DNA of 63,874 nucleotides, the filler included, from Sphacelaria rigidula (Eukaryota): assembly GCA_964200075.2 (NCBI GenBank). It is 9 parts of 9 records of this genome, joined end to end, with 100 filler letters (N's around TTAATTAATTAA, not from the genome) between each part and the next. Parts side by side here need not be neighbours in the genome. Positions count along the whole stretch, not along the records: positions 42,651 to 49,658 come from CAXNAA020016981.1; positions 49,759 to 56,766 come from CAXNAA020016982.1; positions 56,867 to 63,874 come from CAXNAA020016983.1; 6 more parts are not named here. One strand, 5' to 3'. Below are positions 49,453-61,447 of this stretch, in pieces (position 1 is the stretch's first letter; the number at the start of each line of letters is the position of its first letter). The notes below the pieces were generated by a model. That model saw only the letters and a list, made by a program, of their open reading frames with translations. It was not told the DNA's origin and ran no database searches. The translations under genes were made by a program, and so were the position numbers.

Positions 49453-49658
49453 GGGGGGACGGGGGACGGGGGACGGGGGACGGGGGACGGGGGACGGAGA
49501 TTCGTGATCTTGCATGCCGTAGTCACATGGTCATGGCTGTTGAGCTCGTATCTTTACAAAGCCGGGACGGAGCACACCGGGTTTTCGAGGGCGAGGGGGG
49601 GGAAGGGGTGTACTCATGATCATGCATGCCATTGTCGTAAGACCATTGACCTCGCATC
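49453..49658 (-). mobile_element. Two tandem family B retroposon ends with G-rich spacers, including (GGGGGAC)n
   Basis: About six GGGGGAC units, then copy 1 (49500-49590), a G-rich run, and copy 2 (49608-49658) truncated by the scaffold end. Confidence 0.7.
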
Positions 49659-49758
49659 NNNNNNNNNNNNNNNNNNNNNNNNNNNNNNNNNNNNNNNNNN
49701 NNTTAATTAATTAANNNNNNNNNNNNNNNNNNNNNNNNNNNNNNNNNNNNNNNNNNNN
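49659..49758. other. Artificial scaffold linker
   Basis: N-TTAATTAATTAA-N spacer. Confidence 0.98.
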
Positions 49759-50919
49759 TAGAATCTTAGGAGCCCGTGAACCAGACAAGATTTCGCGCAA
49801 AAAGTGCACCCCTACCGTAGCATTGCTCCGCCCAAGTGCACCGAGATGTAGAAAAAAATATCTAGATTTCATGTCTCCTCCGACAGCGTACCTGCTAGCC
49901 TCAGCTATCTTGTACGGATTCACACTACCGGTGTATCCTATATTGCAGAGATCCTCACGCAGTGCTTACACAGCAGATTCCTTTTGAACCGGACGACAAA
50001 AGTAACAATTTTACATGTACATACTTGAGTCGGGCAGCAATCTCGCATAATTATCCCTGAACTGGGAAAAGGCACACATGGTTCCGCTTAGCCATCAGTG
50101 GATTGCAGGGCATGCGAATAATGTCCCGAGCCGGGATATACATACAAATATATCCCGAACCGGAGCATAAATCACCCGAAATGTAAGACCATAAGGTCCA
50201 TACAAAACAAATACCCGGTGAGCCGGAGCGTTGGTTGCCTAGGTGGCATACATTGTGCAATATTCGTCTATTTTTAATGACAGCAGGTTTGCTGCACACG
50301 TGATATGCACATGACCGACTCTGCCACAATAAATCAGACGTTTCATCTTCGAATCAGACAAAACTCTCATCTGAACATTTTTGAACCGGATGGCGAAAGC
50401 GAGTCTTTCATAGCAATCTTTGAGCAGGCCCAGGAACACGTACATATGGACAAGACACGCGTAGCGCCGGTCATGCGAAAGGCCTCGATATATCACCCGA
50501 TTATTCTGCGGTGGGATGTACGTGTCCAACCCTATAGTAGACGGCATAGCCTAGTTGAATTTGTCTCGCGAGACGATATCGACAACCGAGCTAATGCCCA
50601 CGCCTTTCGCTACCTCGTTTGCGTGTTAACACGTAGGGCAGATTACACGAGCGTCACGGCCGAAGTGGCTCGCTGATTATCCATCGCTAGATCTTGCCCT
50701 AAACATGTAAACATTCAGAACAGATGAAACTCGAAAAACGATCGGAATCGATACTCATGGGCGAGATTGAGTTACCAATAGTGGATGTTTGTTCACGTAC
50801 TGGAACGTGCACAAAGGTTTTCGATGCGGCTAGACTTGATTCTTATGCCAGAAGCTTACCGAAAGACATACACTACTTACCCTGCGTACTGCTTGTCTTG
50901 TGGGTCTGCCTCACATCAG

Positions 50920-53900
50920 GCGGCCTGGGCGGACTCTCTGCCACTCCCACCGTTTCAACTGTGCTGGAGGGCGAAGCGGCACATATCAAGACCGGCAAAG
51001 ATTCGCCCAAGTCTCTTATAGCGGAAACTCAGGTGCGGGCCATTCCTTGTAGCTATCTTTGAAGTAGAAGCTGTAAAATGTTGAATATTACATCATTTTT
51101 TTCGCCTGAAGGTTTGGAACACACAGTCACCGCACGTGCTACCCGGCTCTTCTTCTTCTTCTTCAGAAAAACACTTTTTCCAAGCAGAGATTGTAGCACT
51201 CGCCTGTCACTACTAGCGGTTTAGTTCGCACCTAACACATATAGATGCCATGGATGTCTGTGAACAATTGTCTTCGATCCGTAACGGACGTACGGCTTGT
51301 ATGGCGAATCACAGCGGATAATAGGATTTAATTTTTCGGTCTCACGTGATGCCGCCCTTGCTTCTTGTAGTCTAATATCAATTGTTTGACAACGTTTCTA
51401 CAGTATCTTTTATTAATGCATCCTCACTGCTGACGCGTTGGCTTCTTGAGCGTCGTCTGCTCTGTTGGAGGAATTCTTTCGCAGTCAAACCAACTACTGT
51501 AGTAATCCGATGTGAGCACAGAAAAGCACTCACGTTGCTTCACCGCACGGAACCGAGCGGAAATCTGAATGCACTACTGCACGCTGTTCCCTGACGATGA
51601 CAGCATGTCTACTAGAGTTGAGAAGGCGGAGCCAACCTCGTTCAACCCACAATTTTGCGGATATTTAGTACTTTTCAGAACACAGCGGTTACCTTCTGCT
51701 GTGAAAGCAGCGGAAGTTATACATGTGCTAACGTTTCGAGCAACGACATCGAATCATGGGACGAGGTTTGACTCCACGTAGGAACCGAACGAACGTAACC
51801 TATCCATTAATCCGCATGCTCGATACTTTGCGTACAGGTTCTCCGCGTGAGCTCTACTTCGGCCTTCAACTCCACCCTACTCGAAGATGGCTACTACACC
51901 CTGTCGTTTAAGGGGCACATCACGGAGGCACTTGCCGTCAATGCTTCCGCCGAACAGGTGCGCTTTAGGTCTCGTCGGAACCATTGATGTACTGCGCAGG
52001 TCGAAGTTTTGAGAAACATAATTGAGTGAGTCGAAAGCCTTCTGTTCTGACGTCTGATGTAGATGACATTTACAGATACTCCGGAAGAGGCACAGCTACA
52101 CGCTGATAATTTGGAGCATTCAGTTCGAGCCGCAGCTGCAGGAATGATGTAGTCACGCAATGTACTGTTGGCATCAAGCAATTGTCGCATTTTCAAAGCG
52201 ATGTGTTATGCATCCCCGTTATGTTGCCTTCATGTGGGCAACTATCCATGAACGATCAAGTGTTTTCTTGTCTGATCATACGCAAAGTCCATTCCAGTGT
52301 CATTTCGTCACTTGTTTATCACTGGCTGTTGCTGTAGGTTGAGGCTGCGCTCGAGTCCCTCAGCACAGTGGGCGGAGTCTCCGTCAACAGAACAGACACT
52401 GCGGGGTCGTTTTACGGATTTGAGTATGCCGTGGCCTTCCAACCTTGGGAAGCGTTCGAGCTGGAGCACTTCCTGAACTATGGTGATATGCCTGCCATCG
52501 TGGTGAGTATCACATACATTTGATGTGTACTTGTACTGATACTTGAAAATTCGACAGTGTGCCAACTATTCTTTCTGTTCCGAGCTTGAAAATTGTCAAA
52601 TGAGCATATTTTGCGTTGATCGTAAGAGTAGGATGTCGAGGTAGATGTGAAAGTCGATTTTTGAAGATGTCCACGTCTGGGGAGCACCTACACTCGTAAA
52701 GCCACCCAGAACAGCCAACATCCGACGGAAAACACGCGATAACACTAGCTCATTTTCTAATAGACAACAACCCGCCGCCCCTGTCAACGGCGTTCGTCGA
52801 CCTCGTCTCTTACAGGTTGAGCCATCGTTCATGTTAGCATTGTACAATGTAACCATCAGGGTGTACTCCAGTGGCACTCCGAGTGCAGACGCTTCGCCGA
52901 CACAGGATGGTGCATCCCCTTTCGCACCGGTAGTATCTCCTGGAGCGGTTTCGTGGGAGATGTCTATCCCTGTAGATGAAGATGGCGTCGCGGACAGCGC
53001 TGGTCTGAGTTCTGCGTACTACGAAGCCACCACGACCTTCGAAATTGAAAGCAGAGACAGGTGAGCATGTTACTGTCTCGTTGGAGTTTTCGTGAGAATA
53101 AAAGTAGTGTTGGAGTTTGAAGCAAATGCCCACCGCTGCAGATGGAGTGAAGACGGTGTGAGCATTTCCAGATTGAGCTCCCCTTCCTCGGGACGAAAGC
53201 CTTGGTTGCCAGGGATCAACCCATATCTCCCCCGGTACACGGCCTACGTCTTGGTATCGTGGAATGGATCGGTGTTTTCACCGCGTCAACTCTTGTCAAA
53301 CTCGAGCGAAGAAACGTTTCCTAGCTGGTCACTCCCTCACGCTTTCAACGACGGAAATCAGATACCCCGTACAAAAACCCGATCACAATGTATCTGGAGT
53401 GTCTCAAACCGACATTTTGACGACCTAATGATATCAGTTTCACCACTAGACGACCGGAGCTCGCTTCTCAGGCGGTAATTATGGATCAATCAGATATCGA
53501 CTGAATCGCTTGGTTGCATGTTTGTTCAACACTTTGGCATAGTTTTCAGTAAGCAAAAAACGTGTAATCAGTTGTCCTCCAGGGTATACAGTAGCACCAA
53601 TACGATGCGTGAATGAAATTGTGGAGACATACTTTTTCCCTGGTCCGAGGAAACAAATGGGCGGATATACTACAGTTGACTCGACCTTAGATATAGATGA
53701 CCCCTATGCTCGGGCATTGTGCTATGATGTTCTGATCAATTCTCTACAGTACTCTGTCACCAACTTCATTGAAAGAGATACTTCTTGGCCTCCAACGTGT
53801 GACTGATGCCATCTTCATTACAAAACAGTGCAGCGAATGCACACCTACTTTCACTGACCACCATTGTTCGCTCGTGCCGCCCATGATGTTATCCCATGAT

Positions 53901-56346
53901 GCTTCCGTAGATTTGGAAACCGCGTGTTCGACGGCCCCCTCAAGGAGGTACAGATTATAGAGGTGGCATCCACCGATGGAGATGCGCTTTACGGCACATT
54001 CGACGTGTCATACCAAGGACACAGTGTCGGCGTGGATGTGGGGGCAAGCTTATCTGTCCTTGAGGTGGGTATATCTCATATTGTTTATGATGTCGAAGAA
54101 GGCGATCAAGCATCGCAACTCGTTTCAGCTAGGGACCTCGCTCGAGGGCAGACAGGCCAGGCTTTCCGAAGTATCCATTACTTCTTTGCGTTCGTAGATT
54201 CCTCGGCGTTTGACGTTTGGACTTCGTTCAAATGTCGGTTGGCTAGCACTGTCATGCGACTCCACAGCTTGATTGACACAATCACAGCGACATATCCACC
54301 GGTAGCACTTGGACTGGGCAGAGGACGAGCATGTTACAACTGTCGTCGAATCAAGATGGCTGTTCGACGTGGCTACGTGCCAACGGCTTTGCGAAAGGTT
54401 TTCGTCTGGGTATACGCCGTGCACTGCTGCCATACAGTATGCTTTCGGGAATTATGATGTGGTGTGCAGGCCATACCTACCTTACGCGGGCGATAATTTG
54501 ATGCACTCGTGGACAATTTCGATTTTCACGGAACAACAAAGGCAGTCAAGACCGGTACCAATGTTTATGAAATTCAATAAGCTTACTATGAATTATCTCT
54601 CTTCATGTCTCACCACAGGTGGCCATTGAAGGTCTACCCAGTGTGGGCGCAGTCACCGTTAGCACGGCCTCCGTCACAAACTCCACTGTTTTTGGGAGCA
54701 AGACGGTGGATGTCCTTGAAGGTTCTCCGTATCTGGTGCCCTCTGCTGATCTGTCGGGGGTGATATCCGTGGGGGACTGGTTGAGGTTGTGCGACGCCGT
54801 AGATGGTCTGGTGAGTGAGCGGTGGACGATAGCAACATAGCAAAACATAGGGGAGCTTGAACTATATCAAGATAACAACTTCTATCGGTGATAGACTCCT
54901 GGTTGTTGTTACGCACCGACTGGCCTACCGGTGCTGGAGTCCGAAGGCTGGAAATCCCACCGTGCTTGTCATGCATTTATTGCAGTACTACCTTCTTCAG
55001 GGTAGTGTTTGATGTTTTTTTCCCCTCGGGGTAGCGTTTCCGGGGAAGTCAGATATAGCGTGACACCATTGACCTCCCGGATACTATCTCTTGACGTCTC
55101 CCATGCGGTCGACACGCGTCTCTGTTCGGTGGTGATTACTCCACCTCGCTGGGGTTGAGCGATGCAACGATTGACCTGGTGAAAAGCATATCATTATCTC
55201 GCCATTCGATGTAAAAAACATCCTTGAAATCACACACGAGGGAAGACTATGGGCTGGAAGAAAGACTGTGATCCTTCAATGTGAATGTGATGTGATGTCT
55301 TGCGATACAATGGTAATGTTTCCTACACAATTTAGGGTTCTATCAGAGGCGCTGTAAGTTGACCTATCATGATCTTGAATTATCCTCTTGTTCTTGCGTA
55401 TAAATGTGCACTGGAACCGTATCAAGGTGAACGCTCTACGTGGCGTTACACCGCAGTACTATCCAAAGTCAACTTCCTCCTTTCCTGACACACTGTCTGA
55501 CTGAATATAAACGTGCCCCCCCATGGTGTCTCCGCCGACATGAATACGTCCGATGCAGGTCTACACCGTGATCGCATTGGATGCATCAGACCCCTACACC
55601 GTCACCCTCGACAGTCCTTACGGTGAGCAGACCCAGCTAGGATGCGAGCTCTTCCGTCAGGGCAATCTCGCGAGCGGTGTTTCAGGCTACCAATACATCG
55701 TCACCTTCGATTCCAACGTCGGAGATTTGTCAGCTTTGACCGTGGATGGATCAGGCTTGTGGGTATCTAATGGTGGAGATGGAAATGAGACTAGGGCTGA
55801 GGTGAGACGGTCCCTTCAGTTTTGGAGCACGTTATAATTTTGGACCTTGTCCTGGATCATACTCCATCTTTGGTTCAAGTTTGGCCTTGATCGCGTTCTG
55901 TAATGAGCTTGAATTTCATTCTCAGAGCAGTTTCAATAATATGGGTGATATATAAAGCTTAGTAAACAGTCTCACTGGTGTAGGTATTTGAAAAAAGCGC
56001 TGTTTCACTCCTTGATTTGGTTACGCTAACTGTCGCGTGAAGTACATGTAGCCCACCTTAATTAGCTCTCGAAGCAGTAATGTACGTCTTTCGGCCATGA
56101 CACACCTCGCTTGAATTAAAATTCCGGTGCGACCGTCGTGCACAAGTACACATCCCCTGCAAAGTAGCAAGCAACAAAATTATACTCGCACTGATGATTT
56201 CCTAACCTACCTGTTCCCGATGTCAATCGGATTTTTATCAGGTAATGTCGTGTAACTGGCATCGACGGCAAACCGTGTACATCTCTTCGGATTCCGATGT
56301 CAGCGGGTTCTTCGTTCTAGAGTACCTGGGACACCGCTCGGGGCAG
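50920..56346 (+). CDS. Internal exons of a giant EVQ-repeat / filamin-Ig-like (titin-like) protein
   Basis: Eight phase-compatible GT-AG exons: 50920-51032, 51838-51957, 52338-52502, 52816-53060, 53911-54064, 54619-54810, 55559-55801 and 56242-56346. They encode the repeated module E(T/V)Q...G.(Y/F).LSF.G..T...NASA.QVEAALE.L..VG.V.V...Y.VTF...GD(M/L), plus a filamin-like F.IESRDRFGN motif. Confidence 0.85.
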
Positions 56347-56699
56347 GTAACAATGACACAGAGGAGGGACGTTGCCCAACGATCGGAATACGTAGAACCT
56401 CTGTCCATCGAGGGCAAGTAAACACCAGTGAAAGTAGACTACTACATGTCAGATAGTCAAAGAGTAGATGCCAATAGTGTGAACTAGCTTCTACTTGACT
56501 CAAAACGTGTTCAAAAACGTGGAAAAGCTGCAGTGTGAGCAGGTATACACGGATGCAACTTATTCTATAAAATCCAGAACTGCCTGCTACTGATACGTGA
56601 ACTCGCGGCAGTGGTATCCCCACCTGATGGCGAAACTGTTGACGGTGGGGCTTTATCGAACGCCGGTAAAAATGCGCTCAAACCGCTACTCCTCCGGTA

Positions 56700-56766
56700 G
56701 GGGGGGGGGGGGGGGGTACTCATTATCATGCATGCCATATTCATCAGACCATTGACCTCGCATCCC
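56700..56766 (-). mobile_element. Family B retroposon 3' end with poly(C) tail
   Basis: G17 run followed by tactcattatcatgcatgccatattcatcagaccattgacctcgcatccc, at the scaffold end. Confidence 0.7.
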
Positions 56767-56866
56767 NNNNNNNNNNNNNNNNNNNNNNNNNNNNNNNNNN
56801 NNNNNNNNNNTTAATTAATTAANNNNNNNNNNNNNNNNNNNNNNNNNNNNNNNNNNNNNNNNNNNN
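56767..56866. other. Artificial scaffold linker
   Basis: N-TTAATTAATTAA-N spacer. Confidence 0.98.
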
Positions 56867-57115
56867 CAACGCTGAAATAGCCTAGGGATTGATTCGTCAC
56901 GAGTCGACTCATCATATTAAAACCAAGTAATTTCCAGACGAATCATTATTTGTCCCACCCTTGAACAGATGACTTGTTCTCGCCGTGAAGGGGTTAGCCC
57001 TTTGACCGCGAGGGTAGGCAATCTGATAAATCAGCATGATTCACTCGATTTTTCGGGTGTGAATGATGCCGATTCAGAGACCTCCAACCCTCGCGAACGA
57101 ACGGATGAGCAATCG

Positions 57116-57483
57116 CAGCCCTCATAGCTCTCATAGTTCATACAGGGCAAATATGTATAGCTCATGTATGTCTCATATCTCATCCAGGGCAAACATGTGT
57201 AGCTCATGCATCTCTCATGGCTCATCCGGCGCAAAAATGTGTGGCTCATGCAGTTCTCATAGCTCACCCAGGGCAAACATGCGTAGCTCATGCAGCTCTC
57301 ATACCTCACCGAGGGCGAATATGAGCTGATGAGCTACGGGTTGGTAGCTCACCCAGGGCAAATATGCGTAGCTCATACAGCTCTCATAGCTTACCCCAGG
57401 AAAAACATGCGTAGCTCATGTAGCTCTCATAGCTCACTGGGGAGCTACGCTCAAAAAGAGCTAGCTCGAGCTATAGGGAGCTG
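57116..57483. repeat. 42-bp tandem repeat array (AGCTC-rich), possibly a MITE interior
   Basis: About seven copies of tagctcatgcagctctcatagctcacccagggcaaacatgcg, with loose inverted ends (cagccctcatagctc / gagctatagggagctg). Confidence 0.75.
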
Positions 57484-59083
57484 ATCTGTCCGACGTGTGA
57501 AATGTTGACGTCTACTCATACATCGCCGTCTCTCTATATATATCTCGTTTGTGCAAATCTTTCCCGTGGCTGCATCATCAGCTATGAAACTTGGCACAGT
57601 GGTTCGACGCTACAAAGAACAGCATATGCGCCAACCGACGTCACGTTCGGACAAGAAGCGCCCGTGATTTGCGATTTTTTTGTAAAACCATCGGAACGCC
57701 ACGAAACACCGCACTTCGCGGACCAAACCTCGTTTACCGTGAGTTGATGCATATGTGGAGACGGTGCTGCAAGAACCGCCATAAAATGTGCAGCAGGGTA
57801 ACTTTTACGCTGGCCAACAATATCGATCTGTTCTGGGATAGCCTCTGGATGATGACTTTAGATTTAAAATCATCGGCATATCGCCTTTACAGGTGCTCAT
57901 TTTGCTCGGTACCACCGTACTCGCGCTGTCGGAGGTACAAGGCACTGAAAGTTCGCCCGCATGTCCTCTGAAACATGGTCAACAACCTCATGTACATCGA
58001 TTTGGAGCTACGCGTTGCAGCGGTGCCCAGGGCGAAAAGAGGTCAGATTTTGTTCAAAAAAATGTTTCATTCTTTGGGTGCAAACTGATGGTGCCGATGA
58101 AATCGCTTGGCACGTATTATATGTAGTATAATGCATGTATAGGGCCAATTAATATAGTACCAATTGCCGCACTAGTACCGGTGAGATTGCTTGGCACGTA
58201 CCGACACTACATAGGGTACCCGCATTGTAGGCTGGAATCGAGTGCTCTTTTTTTAGACGCAGGGACGACAGATAGGGGCATAATCCATGAGTTGCAACGT
58301 TTTCGACCAACCAGAGCCTTCCAAAACCCGAGAATGTGGGACCTTCCACTACACAGATGAGATGCATATGAATTGCAAAATAGCTTTGATTTGCCCACAC
58401 GTTGAGCCGCTGCGAGAGAGAGCCGCGACGATCAATATCTGAGCACACAACACTCTGTGCTGCCTCAGATTGTTTGCCCCAACCTGCAAGCATCCGCCTT
58501 GTGTGTCTTCCCCGATCACAGCACCCGGCTACAACTGAAGTACCAGAGAAGACACCCGAACGACTGCACAGCCATCGTGTGATTTTTCCAACTTGGTTTT
58601 GAGAGCACTTTCTTCCCACCCCAATTCTGTACAGATCGGAACACAGTAGCAGTACAGCAGTCCAGCCACGCACCACAGTACAGCGGAAACTACGGCATAG
58701 AAATGATGGACGTGGGCAGCGTCTTGTTCGTTTCACGAAATACAGAATAGCCAACATTTTCTCGACCGAGCGTTCAAAATCGGGTGCGGATATCAAATGT
58801 CTGGCCAATATCGCGCTTCGTGCGAAACTACATGAAATCGCATTATTTCCACTCCCATCTATGGAAGATAGGTCGTATTTTATCGTTTTGCCGAAACGCG
58901 TGCACGTGATACAAAGACGCAGACAAGTATGATTTGGCCAACGCAGCGAAGATTGCACACTTGCTTGTTGCTAAATCCTAATGAAGGATGCCAACTTTGA
59001 GTGTGCCTGCGTGCACAAAATATCGCGCGCTTGTTGCCATGTCTACCTCCTCCCTGCCTCGACGTATGTCGTTGTGTCTTTAG

Positions 59084-61123
59084 CGGCGATGACGAGGAAG
59101 AGGCGGTGAGTCCAGAACTCATGACGGAAAAATACGTTAGGGCGTTGCCAGGTGCAGTGCCTTCGACCCTGGACCTCTCACTCGTCTGCGCGCGCCACAG
59201 CTTGTGGGGACATCGGCTGTGGAATGCGGCCATCGTTCTAGCGGGTGAGCGTTTCCGCTCTACTTCAGCAGTAAATCGATGTCGACTTTTGAAAAAACAT
59301 CGGAGGCTTCCGTTGACGGATGACACGTGGCTCCGAAACGGCCAACTACAAGATCGTGTGTGTTGTGTTGTGTGTTGTCATCCCATTTATTCTGGGCGTT
59401 AGTCTACACGTTTCGGTGTATGTGGGCGCACCAGCCGGGGTCACACAGGAGGTCTTCTTTTTATTTTTTTTGGTTCTCCACCTTCCTTCTGCGGTGCTTG
59501 CCTTTATTTTTCATCGCGAGAGGGGTTCAGCAGTCCTTTTCCTCGTCGATCGTTAAGTCGAGCTTCGTGTACCCACGACCCAGTCGCTCTCCACTGTTGA
59601 GCACTGTGTTAGAAAAATTCCCAGATCGCTCCGACGTTCGAAGCCACGACCCGACCGCCAGAAGGTTTCGAGATCACCAACTGAGCCACCGGGGCGACCG
59701 GTTACAAGACCGTGTGTAAAGTGTGGAAACTTTCGTGTGTGAGGTCGTGCTGTAAATGTAGTGCTTGACTCAGTTTTGATGCTGATGGTATCTTGTTTCC
59801 AGGTACCTGGTGTCGCCACAAAAATTACAGTTCCGCGTGTAGGGTTTCGCTGTCTCAATCGTCTACCGATCCAGCCGCGCTGTCTCAATAGCTCCCACCG
59901 TCATGCCCACGCTTCCCTGCGTTTTTTCTACCTTTCCACAAGAGATGATCGACTCTAGTGAGATATCCGTGGCAGGGAAGAAGATCCTTGAGCTGGGCGC
60001 AGGGGCCGGACTGCCCGGTTTGATATGTGCCTTGGTGGGTTATGAGTGCTTGATAGCCACAGACGACCGTTTGGTTTTTTGTGCTCGCTCAAGAACAATG
60101 CCGTCATGGCCGACCAAACCGCGAGCGGTGTTTGACCCCCTGGACGTCCTTTTTGGGACAACATGGCAGCTAAAATTCAACGCCAAAAATACTGACCGTA
60201 TTTATGATCGAATAGCCCCTCTCTCGTCTCCGAGTACCGCCTCCACCGTCGGCACACTGCGTCCTCTTTGGTCCCCAGCCTCTGACTCATTTATTCTATG
60301 ACTCGAAGTGCTTGGTTGTCACAAAATTTCTCAGTGATCGATATAGGGTCCGTTTGTGTCATCTGGTGCTCAAGAAATCAAGTTACATGACCATCCCGCG
60401 CTTTCACAGCGCTGCTTGCCCGTGTCCGCTGTGGAGTACCCACCCATGGATACCCCCCAAAGACCCCTGTAGTTTCCATATCAGTTCACAGCTCAGCGCT
60501 ATGTCTGTCACCGTGAAGCCGACGACGGGCCGACACTAAAGTTCTTGTTCCTGCCGAAACAATTCCTATTGACTCGACAGAACGGCGCCGCCAAAGTCGT
60601 GATTTCGGACTACGCGACGCCCACCGACCAGAACCTTTTAGTTCCCATCAAGATGAATATCGAAAGGCTTCAGCCAGCTTTTGTACCAAGGGACACGCTT
60701 CATGGGGTCGGCCATGTTTGGGGTCAGTCCGTCGAAGACCTCCTGGCCCCTGTTTCCCGCCATGAGCACAAGCATAAGCGGAGCGCTGGAGAAGGAGATG
60801 ATCCGGCGCACAGCTATACTGCAGGAGAGACAGAAGGCGGGGGAGAAGTCGAGAATGGAGCCAATAATGGGTTATGCCATGTGGACGAGAACGTCGTGCA
60901 GTCCGACGAATCAGGGTTTGACGTCCTGGTCCTGGCAGATCTTTTGTTTAATCGTTCGCAGCATGCCCAGCTGCTGGAAACGTGCTCGAGGTGCTTGGCG
61001 AGGTCGGAGATGGCTGAGGTGTGGGTGAGCTTCAGCCACCACGACCCGGAGAAGGCTGCGCTCGACATGAAGTTTTTCGAATTGGCCAGCCTCAGGGGTT
61101 TCGTGTCGACGCACATCAAAACA
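59084..61123 (+). CDS. EFM7: Protein methyltransferase, EFM7/NNT1-like (methyltransferase family 16), partial
   Basis: Exons 59084-59244 (HSLWGHRLWNAAIVLA), 59943-60034 (GKKILELGAGAGLPGLICAL, SAM motif I) and 60581-61123 (GAAKVVISDY...GHVWG...FDVLVLADLLFNRSQH.QLL...VSFSHH.P...DMKFF). Confidence 0.9.
59362..59702 (-). mobile_element. Full-length tRNA-derived SINE, in methyltransferase intron
   Basis: Minus strand shows A box ggtggctcagttggt, B-box-like ggcttcgaac and a CA-rich tail. 15-bp TSD tacaagatcgtgtgt (59347-59361) / tacaagaccgtgtgt (59703-59717). Confidence 0.88.
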
Positions 61124-61217
61124 GTGAGTTTGTCACCCTTTTACCACGAGGGCTGGATGTTTTTTTTCTTCTCAGGAACATGGCCCACAGAACCCTCTTT
61201 TGCCCACAAACGGCAGG

Positions 61218-61447
61218 AGGGGGGGGGCGCACTCATTTGTTGCTTGCCTTAATTATTCGATCATTGACCACGCACCCCTTTCCAGACGGAGCACCGTTCC
61301 TACTCCTAAGAGAAACACATTCAACATTTTGGCGTTTACTACGTGTCTTCCATACACCACACCGAAACCTTTTACATTTTTGATCCCCTTCCAGTTTCGC
61401 CGTCTGTAGCTACCATCTGTCTCCCAGTACAGCGATCGTTTTCTCAT
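61218..61447 (-). mobile_element. LINE 3' end, family A (C-rich tail)
   Basis: G run followed by cgcactcatttgttgcttgcctta...cattgaccacgca.ccctttc.agacgga. Reverse-homologous to 36870-37110. Confidence 0.78.

Noticed and set aside
57320-57345. Hammerhead ribozyme core (CTGATGAG)
   Set aside because: No matching GAAA core or flanking stems. Other CTGATGA hits I inspected by eye also lacked them.
57116-57483. CRISPR array or Cys/Met/Tyr-repeat protein (ORFs at 57031-57484)
   Set aside because: This is a plain 42-bp tandem repeat. The ORFs are by-products without splice or codon support.
58149-58958. 269-aa minus-strand ORF
   Set aside because: No domain-like features. The composition fits non-coding or transposon-arm DNA upstream of the methyltransferase.
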